The notes under the pieces were generated by a model. It saw only the letters and a program-made list of their open reading frames with translations, was not told the DNA's origin and did no database searches. Below are positions 34,832 through 44,375 of a stretch of DNA of 64,000 nt, in pieces. Where the stretch lies: contig NZBZ01000004.1 of assembly GCA_002686365.1 (NCBI GenBank), forward strand, positions 98,752-162,751, in the 5' to 3' direction. Position 1 is the stretch's first letter, and every line of letters starts with the position of its first letter. The position numbers and the translations under genes were made by a program. The stretch comes from a bacterium (GTDB lineage: Bacteria; Patescibacteriota; Minisyncoccia; UBA6257; GWB1-50-10).

Positions 34832-35464
34832 TTGGTTGCAAGGGTTTGTGCTATAGTGTTATTAAGTATGAGTATATTACGTATCCGTAAAGAGCTTTTA
34901 CCTCTTTTATATGTGAACCTCGCAGTTATCGGGGTGTTTTCAGTCCTCTTTTTTCAGCGGAAGAATTATGAGTTTTTGATTTATGAGGGGGTGGTGGTGT
35001 TTTTCTTTCTTCTTATTATATATAGCGATAAGAAGGTTCAATATCCTTTAGATGTGCTTTGGGGACTTAGCTTCTGGTCTCTTATGCATATGGCAGGGGG
35101 AGGGATTTTTATTAAAGGAGTGAAGCTTTATGAGATGATGATACTTCCGCTTTCTTCTGAGTATTCAATTTTGCGATATGATCAGGTGGTGCATATTATT
35201 GGTTTTGGAGTGGCAACGTATCTGATGTATATTCTTTTGCGACCGCTTTTGGACATGGAAAAAATCACGTGGGTCAGACTTGGTATTGTTGTGGTCATGG
35301 CTGGGCTTGGAGTGGGCGCATTAAATGAGATTATTGAGTTTTCTCTTGTTGTTATTTTGCCGGAAACAGGAGTTGGGGGATATATAAATACCTCGCTTGA
35401 TTTAGTTGCGGACCTTGTTGGAGCGCTTTTGGCGCTTTGGTATATCAAGTTTCGTAAAATTTAG
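34832..35464 (+). CDS. Hypothetical polytopic membrane protein
   Basis: About five TM segments; no recognised motif. Confidence 0.45.
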   Translation: MVARVCAIVLLSMSILRIRKELLPLLYVNLAVIGVFSVLFFQRKNYEFLIYEGVVVFFFLLIIYSDKKVQYPLDVLWGLSFWSLMHMAGGGIFIKGVKLYEMMILPLSSEYSILRYDQVVHIIGFGVATYLMYILLRPLLDMEKITWVRLGIVVVMAGLGVGALNEIIEFSLVVILPETGVGGYINTSLDLVADLVGALLALWYIKFRKI

Positions 35465-35481
35465 AATATAGATAACTCATT

Positions 35482-36099
35482 ATGAAACCCCCCATCAAAC
35501 ACATTTGGTTTGATTTTAGTCAGACACTCGCGTTTATTAAAAAAGAGCCGCACGATCGATTGTGCTATGAAACCTATTCTCAAATAATAGGGAAGCCTGT
35601 TAGTGAAGAGCTGATTGCTGAATATAAAGATTTGTATAAAAAATACAGCAGTAATTCAGCTGTTTTTCGTTCTCTGGGCCAGACTTCGAATTTTTGGTCT
35701 GAAAAGCTTAATTCTCTCGAGTCTGGTGACTTATACAAGATTACAGATGAAAATGTGCCAGAGGTTTTGCAGAAGGTTAGGGAGCTTGTTCCTATGTCGC
35801 TTTTTTCTAATATGCATCTTGAAAAGGTTTTACCAGCGCTTAATATTAATCTGGATTGGTTTACGCATATTATTAGCGCTGGAATGGTTAAGGAGCCTAA
35901 GCCGGTATTGGATGGCTTTTATAAAATGATTGAGTTGAGCAAGGTGTCTGCTAAAGAGATTTTGTATATTGGTGATGATATTGAAAAAGATGTAAGGCCT
36001 GCAAAAAAAGTAGGAATTCAAACAGGATTAGTGTGGAAGAAGTCATATGAGGCAGATTACTCATTTGAGAAGTTTGAGGATATTTTAACGATTTTTTAA
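35482..36099 (+). CDS. HAD-superfamily hydrolase
   Basis: Motif I IWFDFSQTL and motif IV LYIGDDIEKDVRPAKKVG. Confidence 0.55.
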   Translation: MKPPIKHIWFDFSQTLAFIKKEPHDRLCYETYSQIIGKPVSEELIAEYKDLYKKYSSNSAVFRSLGQTSNFWSEKLNSLESGDLYKITDENVPEVLQKVRELVPMSLFSNMHLEKVLPALNINLDWFTHIISAGMVKEPKPVLDGFYKMIELSKVSAKEILYIGDDIEKDVRPAKKVGIQTGLVWKKSYEADYSFEKFEDILTIF

Positions 36100-36150
36100 A
36101 TAATTCTTGGTTTAGCATTCTCCTTCTGTATAATATGGTATACTGGTTTT

Positions 36151-37404
36151 ATGGCAAATCAGCAGTTGCTTGACTATATTAGGGGGCAGAAACAGCAGGG
36201 TGTAGATCAGCAGAGTCTTCGAGGCTCGCTTCTTGCAAGTGGTTGGGATACTGCTCAGGTTGATGAGGCATTCCGTCTTTTAGATTCTCCTGTTCAACAG
36301 CCCGTTCAGCCAGTTCCTCCAGAGAGCAGTGCGCCCGCACAGACATTTTCTGCTCAGCCATCGCGAAAGCTTATTCGAATCTTGCTGATAAGCATTTTTG
36401 TGATTGCGGTCTTAGTGATTGGCGCAGGAGCGTTTGGCTATTTGCCTGGTTTTCAGTCACTTGCACCTGAGGAAGTTATCCAGAAAATGTTTTCTCGTTT
36501 GTCTGATATTCGGTCTTTAGAGTATTCGGGAGAGGTGGAGGCTTTATTTGATACTGGGGGAGTGCCTATTGGCGGGGCTGGTTTTTCTTCGCTTACTCGA
36601 TCATTTTCAGGAGGGGTAGGTATTTTTTCCATTAGCTTTGACGGGGCTTTTGATTATCGTGATTCTGAAGATCCTTTGTATTCTTTATCTTTGCGAGTGG
36701 AAGATGATTCATTGTTGGAGAAGAGTGTTGTTGCTGATGTGGAGGCGAGGGTTCTTGATGGGATTGTATACATTAAGCTTAATCGTGTGCCGGAATTAGA
36801 CATTTTTGATATTAGTTTTCTTCAGGGTCAGTGGGTGAAGATTGATCCTGAAGTTCTTAGAAAGCAGTTCGGATTGAATGCGGAGGAATATTTTGCCAAC
36901 ATACAGGAGCAGCAGGGAGTATCTTTGCGTCAAGCCGAGGACATTAGAGAAGCTGTTTCGCGTGTTCAGATCCTTGATGTGACTGATGTGCTGCCGGATG
37001 AAAAGATTGGGGGAGTAGATACGCATCATTATGCGTTTACTGTTCGTAAGGAGGGCTTGAGAGAGTTGGTTATTGATCTGTATTATAATACGCAGGGCCA
37101 TTCATTAGATGAGAGAGAACTTGCTGAGTTTGATAGAAACTTGGAATTAGCAGAGTTTCCTAATGGTGAGATTTGGATTGGCAAGAAAGATTCATTCCCT
37201 TATAAGCTTGTTTTGAGTTCTGTTGCTGAAGATTCTTATGGATATGGGTTTACTGGATCGTTTTCTACTGTTTTGCTGTTTAAGAGCTTTAATCAGCCTG
37301 TTCGTGTGGATGTTCCTGCTTCGGCTATTCCGCTGGAGGAAATTTTTGGCGCATTACTTGGGGGCGTACAGGGTTCCTCAAGTGGTACATTTTTTCCTGA
37401 ATAA
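36151..37404 (+). CDS. Hypothetical membrane-anchored protein (N-terminal soluble domain, Pro-rich linker, TM segment, large ectodomain)
   Basis: PVQQPVQPVPPESSAPAQ, then the TM segment LIRILLISIFVIAVLVIGAGAF. No catalytic motif seen. Confidence 0.45.
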   Translation: MANQQLLDYIRGQKQQGVDQQSLRGSLLASGWDTAQVDEAFRLLDSPVQQPVQPVPPESSAPAQTFSAQPSRKLIRILLISIFVIAVLVIGAGAFGYLPGFQSLAPEEVIQKMFSRLSDIRSLEYSGEVEALFDTGGVPIGGAGFSSLTRSFSGGVGIFSISFDGAFDYRDSEDPLYSLSLRVEDDSLLEKSVVADVEARVLDGIVYIKLNRVPELDIFDISFLQGQWVKIDPEVLRKQFGLNAEEYFANIQEQQGVSLRQAEDIREAVSRVQILDVTDVLPDEKIGGVDTHHYAFTVRKEGLRELVIDLYYNTQGHSLDERELAEFDRNLELAEFPNGEIWIGKKDSFPYKLVLSSVAEDSYGYGFTGSFSTVLLFKSFNQPVRVDVPASAIPLEEIFGALLGGVQGSSSGTFFPE

Positions 37405-37506
37405 ATAAGTTGATGAGGGTTCTGATTTTGTCTGCGTTGGTTTTTAGCAGGTTGGTTTGAGATTTTTTCCTCCGCCATTTTTGAAAAGAGTGTATAATAA
37501 AAAGCA

Positions 37507-39051
37507 ATGAAAAAGTTTCTAATATTTTTTCTCATTATTTTGATTGGGATTGTGGTGGGGGTGTTTTTGCTTACATCTCGTGATGAGGAGTCTGCATATG
37601 ATACGGTTGAGGCAGAAAGAACCGAGCTTATTCAGGAGGTTAATGTAACAGGAAGTGTTCGGCCTGCTGATGAGGTTCAGCTTGCGTTTGAGAAGGCAGG
37701 AAAGGTTACTTCAGTTTTGGCTCGTGTGGGGAGTCAGGTTCGCACTGGGGATTCGCTTGTTCGGCTTGATAGTGATGAGCTTGAGGCTCAGCTTGCAGGA
37801 GCAGAGGCAACGCTTCAGAAACGAAATGCTGAGCTTGATGAGCTTCTTCGCGGAACTCGTGAAGAGGAGGTGAAGATAAAGGAGTCTGAGCTTGATACAG
37901 CAAAACAGACTCTTCAGAATTATTATGATAATGCACTTACTGTTTTGGACGATGTATATTTGAAGGCGGATGACGCGGTTCTTACTAAGACTGCCGGAGT
38001 TTTTCAGGGCACTGGAGGGGCAAGTATTTATAGTCTTACATTTACGACATGCAATAGTGAGTTGGAGCTGGATGTTGTTGCAGGAAGGGTTCAGAGCGCG
38101 GATAAGCTGAATTCTTGGCTTGGAGAATTAAATGAGTTTGACTCTGGTTTTATTCAGTCTGAGCTTGATGATGCTTTTCAGAGCAGTAAGGCGTATCTCA
38201 CATTTTTCAGAGGCTTTTTGGATGATGTGAGCGCGGCGCTTACTGATAATTGTGTGGCAGATGATTCCTCTTTGGATACATATCGTACAGCTGTAAGTAC
38301 AGCCCGTACGAATATTCTTACAGCGCTTACTTCTATAGATAGTCAGGAACAGGATATTGCTTCACAGAAGATAGCAGTTCAGTCTGCCTTAGACGAGCTT
38401 GATTTGAAGCTTGCTGGCTCAAGGCCGGAGCAGATTTCAGCGCAGAGAGCATTGGTGCTGCAGGCAGAGGCAGATATTGATGTTATTGAGGCTCAAATTA
38501 TAAAGACTGTGCTTATCTCACCTATTGATGGTGTTGTGACATTGCGGGATGTTGAGGTTGGAGAGATTGTGTCTGCCAATACATCAGTTGTTTCTATTAT
38601 TTCTGATGGCGCGTTTGAGATTGAGGCGAATATCCCAGAAGTTGATATTGCAAATGTTAGGGCGGGAAATTTGGCAGAGGTTACTCTTGATCCATATGGA
38701 GATGATGTGAAGTTCAGGGCAAAGGTGCTTTCTATTGATCCTGCAGAGACGGTTATTGACGGCGTTGTTACTTACAAGACTACTCTGCTTTTTGAGGAAG
38801 ATGATTCCCGCATAAGGTCTGGGATGACTGCAAATGTTGATATTCTTACTGCTGAGCGATTTGGTGTGATTACTATTCCTCAACGGACAGTTATATTTAA
38901 GAATGGCTCGAAGATTGTTCGTCTGCTTGAAGGAGAAAAGGTAGTAGAGACAGAGGTTCGCACTGGTCTTAGCGGAACTCATGGAGAGATTGAGATTCTG
39001 GATGGGATTCAGGAAGGGGATATTATTGTTACCTCAATTAGAGAAAAATAA
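37507..39051 (+). CDS. Periplasmic adaptor / membrane-fusion protein (HlyD/MacA-like)
   Basis: N-terminal TM segment, a long coiled-coil (LEAQLAGAEATLQKRNAELDELL...) and C-terminal beta-barrel domains. Confidence 0.7.
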   Translation: MKKFLIFFLIILIGIVVGVFLLTSRDEESAYDTVEAERTELIQEVNVTGSVRPADEVQLAFEKAGKVTSVLARVGSQVRTGDSLVRLDSDELEAQLAGAEATLQKRNAELDELLRGTREEEVKIKESELDTAKQTLQNYYDNALTVLDDVYLKADDAVLTKTAGVFQGTGGASIYSLTFTTCNSELELDVVAGRVQSADKLNSWLGELNEFDSGFIQSELDDAFQSSKAYLTFFRGFLDDVSAALTDNCVADDSSLDTYRTAVSTARTNILTALTSIDSQEQDIASQKIAVQSALDELDLKLAGSRPEQISAQRALVLQAEADIDVIEAQIIKTVLISPIDGVVTLRDVEVGEIVSANTSVVSIISDGAFEIEANIPEVDIANVRAGNLAEVTLDPYGDDVKFRAKVLSIDPAETVIDGVVTYKTTLLFEEDDSRIRSGMTANVDILTAERFGVITIPQRTVIFKNGSKIVRLLEGEKVVETEVRTGLSGTHGEIEILDGIQEGDIIVTSIREK

Positions 39052-39178
39052 TAAATAATAAATGCGTAGCGGATACCCACGCACTCATTTTGTAAACGTG
39101 TAGAGTAGGAGACGGCAAAATGAGTGCGGGATGCTCATATTTCTAGCTACTCGCTGCGCTCGTAAAGAAATATGGCAC

Positions 39179-39901
39179 ATGGCACTCATTGAGGTCAATG
39201 ACTTAGAGAAAACCTATTTTGGAGAGGAGGTAGAGACGCGCGTACTTCACGGGCTTACTTTTGATATTAAAGAGGGCGAGTTTGTAACGATTATGGGTCC
39301 ATCCGGCTCTGGCAAATCTACTCTTATGCATATTTTGGGATTTTTGGACAGATTGACTGGGGGGCGGTATATATTTGACGGGAAGAATGTTGATACGTTT
39401 TCAGACAAGGAGCTTGCTTTGCTTCGCGGTGAGCAGATTGGATTTGTTTTTCAGGCATTTAACTTATTGCCTCGGACTACTTTGTTTGAGAATGTGAAAC
39501 TTCCTCTTACTTATATTAAGAGGCGCGGGAGTATGAAGGACAGGGTTGAGAGCGTGCTTGAAAGTGTTGGGCTTTCTCATCGGCTTCATTATTATACTAA
39601 TCAGATTTCTGGAGGTGAGCAGCAGAGAGCTGCGATTGCGCGCGCCTTAGTGAATGAGCCGTCTGTTGTATTTGCTGATGAGCCCACCGGGAATCTGGAT
39701 TCAAAGTCCGGAGCGCAGGTTATAGAGGTTTTGCAGAAATTAAATGACGCGGGTACTACTATTATCTTGGTTACTCATGATGGGAATCTTGCAAAGAGCG
39801 CAAAGAGGATAATTCATATAAAGGATGGGCTCATTACTACTGATAGTGAGGTAAAGCACAGGAGGATTGCTCGGGATGGGGAGATACATATTAGCGAGTG
39901 A
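39179..39901 (+). CDS. ABC transporter ATP-binding protein (MacB/LolD-type)
   Basis: Walker A GPSGSGKST; signature LSGGEQQRAAIARAL; Walker B VVFADEPTGNLD. The ATG at 39179 is preferred over the track's 39131. Confidence 0.85.
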   Translation: MALIEVNDLEKTYFGEEVETRVLHGLTFDIKEGEFVTIMGPSGSGKSTLMHILGFLDRLTGGRYIFDGKNVDTFSDKELALLRGEQIGFVFQAFNLLPRTTLFENVKLPLTYIKRRGSMKDRVESVLESVGLSHRLHYYTNQISGGEQQRAAIARALVNEPSVVFADEPTGNLDSKSGAQVIEVLQKLNDAGTTIILVTHDGNLAKSAKRIIHIKDGLITTDSEVKHRRIARDGEIHISE

Positions 39902-39951
39902 CCTGTAACGTGGGACCAGTAACCAGTAATTTGTAACCTGTAGTTCGTACA

Positions 39952-41205
39952 ATGATTCAGATGTTTGCACAATCTGTTCGGATGGCAATTACTGCTCTCC
40001 TTTCTAACAAAGGAAGGAGCTTTTTAACTATGCTTGGGATTATTATTGGTGTTTCAGCTGTGATTATTATTGTTTCTATTGGGGCTGGAGCGCAGAGTAT
40101 GATTTTGTCGCAGATTGAGGATTTGGGAACTAATCTGGTTGGCGTTATGCCCGGATATTCTGAAGAGGGTTCTCCTCCTACTTCTGTTATGGGCATTGTT
40201 ATTACTACTCTTACCTATGAAGATGCGATGGCTTTGGGGGAGAAGAGAAATGTTCCGAATATTGTAGAGGCGGTTGCGTATTATAAGAGTGTTGGGACTG
40301 TGACGTGGAGGTCTGAGTCGTATGATACGAATTTGAATGGTGTGAGTGCGGGCTATCTTGATGTGGAGGGCGGTGAGATAGAGAAGGGACGATTTTTTAC
40401 AGAAGAGGAGGAGAGAACTTTGGGAAGAGTTGCAATTTTGGGCAGCGCTGTTCGAGATGAGCTCTTTGGCCCGTCTGAAGCAATAGGGCAGAAGGTAAAG
40501 ATTGAGAATCAGGCATTTGAGGTGATTGGAGTTATGGAGGAGCGTGGGGTTGTTGCTATGCAGGATTATGATGATCAGGTGTTTGTTCCGGTTCGTACTA
40601 TGCAGAAACTCGTTGCAGGCGTAAATCATCTAGGGCTTATTCGCGCTAAAGTTGATTCAGAGGATAATATAAATGCTGCATTGGAAGACATTAGAGCAGT
40701 GCTTAGGGAGCGTCATGATATTCGGGATTCGAGCGGGGCAGGTGATGATTTTACGGTTCGGAGCGCAACGCAGGCGCTTGAGATGATTACTTCTATTACT
40801 GATGGGCTTAGATTTTTTCTTGCTGGAATGGCAGCTCTTTCTTTGATTGTTGGGGGGGTGGGAATAATGAATATTATGCTTATCTCTGTTGCAGAGAGGA
40901 CGCGGGAGATTGGTTTGCGTAAGGCGATTGGCGCGGACAATCTTCATGTGTTTATTCAATTTTTGGCAGAGGCGATTACCATTACTGTTTTGAGCGGAGC
41001 TTTGGGAGTTGTTGGCGGAATTCTTATCTCGTATCTTATCTCGCTTGGCGTGCAGTTTGCCGGATTTGACTGGGAGTTTATTGTTTCTCCTTTTTCAGTA
41101 GGCTTGGCTTTATCAGTATCTCTTTTTGTTGGACTTTTGTTTGGTATGTATCCCGCAAGTAAGGCGTCTCGGCTCGATCCTATTGATGCTTTACGATACG
41201 AATAG
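39952..41205 (+). CDS. ABC transporter permease, MacB periplasmic core domain + FtsX
   Basis: N-terminal TM segment, a large periplasmic domain and a C-terminal FtsX four-TM bundle (...AIGADNLHVFIQFLAEAITI...). Confidence 0.75.
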   Translation: MIQMFAQSVRMAITALLSNKGRSFLTMLGIIIGVSAVIIIVSIGAGAQSMILSQIEDLGTNLVGVMPGYSEEGSPPTSVMGIVITTLTYEDAMALGEKRNVPNIVEAVAYYKSVGTVTWRSESYDTNLNGVSAGYLDVEGGEIEKGRFFTEEEERTLGRVAILGSAVRDELFGPSEAIGQKVKIENQAFEVIGVMEERGVVAMQDYDDQVFVPVRTMQKLVAGVNHLGLIRAKVDSEDNINAALEDIRAVLRERHDIRDSSGAGDDFTVRSATQALEMITSITDGLRFFLAGMAALSLIVGGVGIMNIMLISVAERTREIGLRKAIGADNLHVFIQFLAEAITITVLSGALGVVGGILISYLISLGVQFAGFDWEFIVSPFSVGLALSVSLFVGLLFGMYPASKASRLDPIDALRYE

Positions 41206-41231
41206 GACATAAGATATAGGACATAAGACAC

Positions 41232-42521
41232 ATGAGATTTTTAATACTTTTTAAAATTTCAATTAAGGCCATGCATTCGAATCTTGTTCGGACTGGTCTT
41301 ACAGTTTTAGGAATGGTGATTGGTATTGCAACTATTGTTGTTGTATTTTCCGCAGGAGAAGGTGTTCGCGGGCTTCTACTTGGACAGATTGAGGCGTTTG
41401 GTACTGATGTGATTGAGACAGAGATTAAGGTTCCTTCCAGTAAGACTGGGGGAGCGAGTGAGCGGCAGAGCGCTACAAATCTTGCCCAGGGTGTTCAGGT
41501 TACTACTCTTACTTTGGATGATATGGAGGATATTATGAGGTTGCCTAATGTGAAGGATGGATATGCTGGAATTATGAGTCAGGAGACGGTTAGTTATGAG
41601 GGGGAGAGGAGGAAGGCATTTCTTTTGGGCGCGAGCGCGAGCTATATTGATATTGATCAGAGTGAGATGGGTGAGGGGCGGTTTTTCACTGATGGAGAGG
41701 ATCGTTCCCTTTCTCCTGTTGTTGTTTTGGGTACGAAGATGAAGGAGATACTTTTTGGAGAGAGTGATGCTATTGGGAGGTCTGTTAAGATTCGGGATGC
41801 CAAGTACAGGGTGATAGGCATTATGGAGGAGCGGGGCGCGGTTATGGGTATAGACTTTGATGATTTTGTGTATATGCCTTTAGAGACTCTCCAGAAGCGG
41901 GTGTCGGGGATTGGTCACATTCTTTATATGGTTCATCAGCTGCATGATTTAGAGATTGCAGAGGAGACTGCAGAGGATATTCGGGCTATTTTGAGGATGA
42001 ATCATAGTATTCCGCCTCCTGCCTTGGATGAGAAAAGGGGATGGGCTGATACAGGCAAGGATGATTTTCGAGTAATGACTATGGCTGAGGCTATGGATGT
42101 ATGGGAGAACATTATGAGTACCCTTACTATTCTTTTGCTTGGCATTGTGGCTGTCTCTCTTGTGGTTGGCGGAGTTGGGATTATGAATGTGATGTACGTT
42201 ATTGTTACAGAAAGGACGCACGAGATTGGTTTGCGTAAGGCAGTTGGAGCAAAGTATTCGGATATTATGTGGCAGTTTTTGATTGAGGCAGTTCTTATTG
42301 CTCTTACTGGAGGGATTGTTGGTATTATTCTTGGGTTGCTTCTTTCATATGGAATGTCTATTGGGGCGGGCTCGTATGGTTTGGATTGGGGCTTTTCAGT
42401 GCCTATTCAGGCGTTTGTTGTATCAATTCTTTTCTCTTTTGGATTTGGAATACTTTTTGGAGTTTTCCCTGCGCGAAAAGCAGCGCGAATGGATCCTATT
42501 GTTGCGCTTAGAAGTGAATAG
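41232..42521 (+). CDS. ABC transporter permease, MacB periplasmic core domain + FtsX (paralog)
   Basis: Same architecture as the preceding permease. Confidence 0.75.
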   Translation: MRFLILFKISIKAMHSNLVRTGLTVLGMVIGIATIVVVFSAGEGVRGLLLGQIEAFGTDVIETEIKVPSSKTGGASERQSATNLAQGVQVTTLTLDDMEDIMRLPNVKDGYAGIMSQETVSYEGERRKAFLLGASASYIDIDQSEMGEGRFFTDGEDRSLSPVVVLGTKMKEILFGESDAIGRSVKIRDAKYRVIGIMEERGAVMGIDFDDFVYMPLETLQKRVSGIGHILYMVHQLHDLEIAEETAEDIRAILRMNHSIPPPALDEKRGWADTGKDDFRVMTMAEAMDVWENIMSTLTILLLGIVAVSLVVGGVGIMNVMYVIVTERTHEIGLRKAVGAKYSDIMWQFLIEAVLIALTGGIVGIILGLLLSYGMSIGAGSYGLDWGFSVPIQAFVVSILFSFGFGILFGVFPARKAARMDPIVALRSE

Positions 42522-42532
42522 GTTGTTTGGAA

Positions 42533-44335
42533 TTAGGCAACTTCTTTTTGGTAGCAAGTCTCGCAGTAGACAATTTCTTTTCGTTCTGGGTCGTAGGATG
42601 TTTCGAATTCATTTGTACATCGTCCTTCTGGATGGTGTTCGTGTTTTGCGGAATTTTTGTATACTTCGTAGTCACATACGCACTGTCTATGCCAGAGTTT
42701 TAATGGGGTTCGTTTTGCAAGGCGCGCGTAATGCCTACAGTTTGGGCAGAGGCGAGGAAGGGGGAGCGATGCGTTTTTATACATCTGGAGTTCCTCGGGC
42801 AGAATACGGAATGCTGTTGTGCACTGGTGTGTGCATTTTCCCCCATGTTCGCATCCTATGATGTCTTTCGTTATAGAAGTTGGTGCGTTTTCTATATTGT
42901 CTGGCAGGGTCTCTGTTGGAAGGGAAATTTTATAATTTTTGGTTTCTGGCTCATTCCATTGGTATCCTTGTTTTTCTATCTCGTTTTTTGAGAGTGGAAA
43001 AAATTCTTGACTTAACGATTCATTATATGCGTGAGGTGAGCAATTAAATGGAAAGAATTCGCCGTAGCGGTATTTTTTTTCTTTTGTGTCTGTGTATGGT
43101 ATTGCATTCATCTGCTCTATTATTTCCGGAACAAGTTTTTCGTATTCCTCTTTTGAGTATTTCTTATTTAAGATGTAGTATTCTGCGTTTTGAAGACCAA
43201 TACATCCGAAAAGGTTTTTTGAGTTGTGGCAGTTCATTACATATTGGCTTTCTGTAAGTCCGCTCCAGCATTCGTGTGCAAATGCGACATTCGAGCATTG
43301 GATTCCTATGTTTACGGCTTCGTAGATGAGTTCTGACTCTTTTCCCCAATATGTATAGTCCATTACATCTTTTGCTCCGCTTATTGCAAAGCAATATCGT
43401 CCGTCTTCGACGTCGAGTGAGCTAAATGAATCCCGTAGGTTTTTTGAGTTCTCAATCCAGTTTCCGCTTACGTTTTTATTTCGGTGGCCCGAGATTGCGG
43501 GGACTATGAATTGCTTTCGAAAATCTTGAAATTTTGCGTGGATCCCCGCGAGCGTAAGTGCACTTCCGGATCGGAGTGGCTGAACCATTTTTTCGTATTC
43601 TTCTTTGGAGTATTGCTTATTCCAAATGCAGTAGTTTTTGTTTCTGAGATTGACGCACCCAAAGCAGTTTTGGCAATTTATGCAGTCCATAAGAAACCAA
43701 GAGTCTATGCAGTTTGAAGATTCTTCAGAAAATGCCGTTTGGTAGCATTGCACGCAGTCAATGCATTCGTAGCATTGTTCGGACTTTTGGACGTTGTAGC
43801 AGTCCATACATTCTTTGGAGTCGTTCAGCCACACGCTGTATTTGCAAAATTCATCGTTGATGGCTCCGAAGACTAGGTAGCAGTTTCGCATGTCCGTTAC
43901 TCGATTGGTATATTCGCTGTCTGTATTATTTCCTTGTTGAATTGTACCTGGCCTAGGTACAGCGTGGAGAAGTTCTTTGAATTGTTTGAAGAATGGTTTT
44001 GATGGATTATATTCTTTTGCATATGATTTTGGGTCCCATGTATCAGACCACCAGCATTCTTTGCAGTAGACCGTATATGGGGCGTTTGTGTGGTACATGA
44101 AGATTTTTTCCTTTTTACAGAGATCGCAGGTGCGTTTGTAGAGCGACCTCTCATTTCGGAAAGTCATTCGTCGTACGAGGCGGCACTCTGGGCACCATGT
44201 TGGCGGAGGGGTTTTTACCTTCTCGTAGAAATCGAGGTCGTCAGGAGTGATTTGGAAGTCTGTGTTGCAGTTTGCGCACTTTTTGGTTTCTGTAGTCATG
44301 CTGGGATTATATCTTGTTTTTTTGCGCGAGTACAT
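42533..44335 (-). CDS. Large cysteine-rich protein (~600 aa) with multiple CxxC zinc-ribbon pairs and an internal duplication
   Basis: N-terminal CANC...CPEC and CDLC...CKEC. The central repeats NCQNCFGCVNLRNKNYCIWNKQYSKEEYEKMV and NCHNSKNLFGCIGLQNAEYYILNKKYSKEEYEKLV are duplicates. C-terminal CPNC...CVC. The ATG at 44335 is preferred because the track's first ~84 codons look like low-complexity read-through. Confidence 0.5.
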   Translation of the reverse strand: MYSRKKTRYNPSMTTETKKCANCNTDFQITPDDLDFYEKVKTPPPTWCPECRLVRRMTFRNERSLYKRTCDLCKKEKIFMYHTNAPYTVYCKECWWSDTWDPKSYAKEYNPSKPFFKQFKELLHAVPRPGTIQQGNNTDSEYTNRVTDMRNCYLVFGAINDEFCKYSVWLNDSKECMDCYNVQKSEQCYECIDCVQCYQTAFSEESSNCIDSWFLMDCINCQNCFGCVNLRNKNYCIWNKQYSKEEYEKMVQPLRSGSALTLAGIHAKFQDFRKQFIVPAISGHRNKNVSGNWIENSKNLRDSFSSLDVEDGRYCFAISGAKDVMDYTYWGKESELIYEAVNIGIQCSNVAFAHECWSGLTESQYVMNCHNSKNLFGCIGLQNAEYYILNKKYSKEEYEKLVPEIIEQMNAIPYTDTKEKKYRYGEFFPFNCSPHAYNESLSQEFFPLSKNEIEKQGYQWNEPETKNYKISLPTETLPDNIENAPTSITKDIIGCEHGGKCTHQCTTAFRILPEELQMYKNASLPLPRLCPNCRHYARLAKRTPLKLWHRQCVCDYEVYKNSAKHEHHPEGRCTNEFETSYDPERKEIVYCETCYQKEVA

Positions 44336-44375
44336 ATTGTTTGCTTTCCCAGCCTTCTCTTTGTAGACTGGATAG

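Noticed and set aside
42283-42861. ORF 42283-42861 (+), which overlaps the end of the FtsX permease and the cysteine-rich gene
   Set aside because: Out-of-frame overlap of two well-supported genes; the product is Leu/Arg-rich without motifs.
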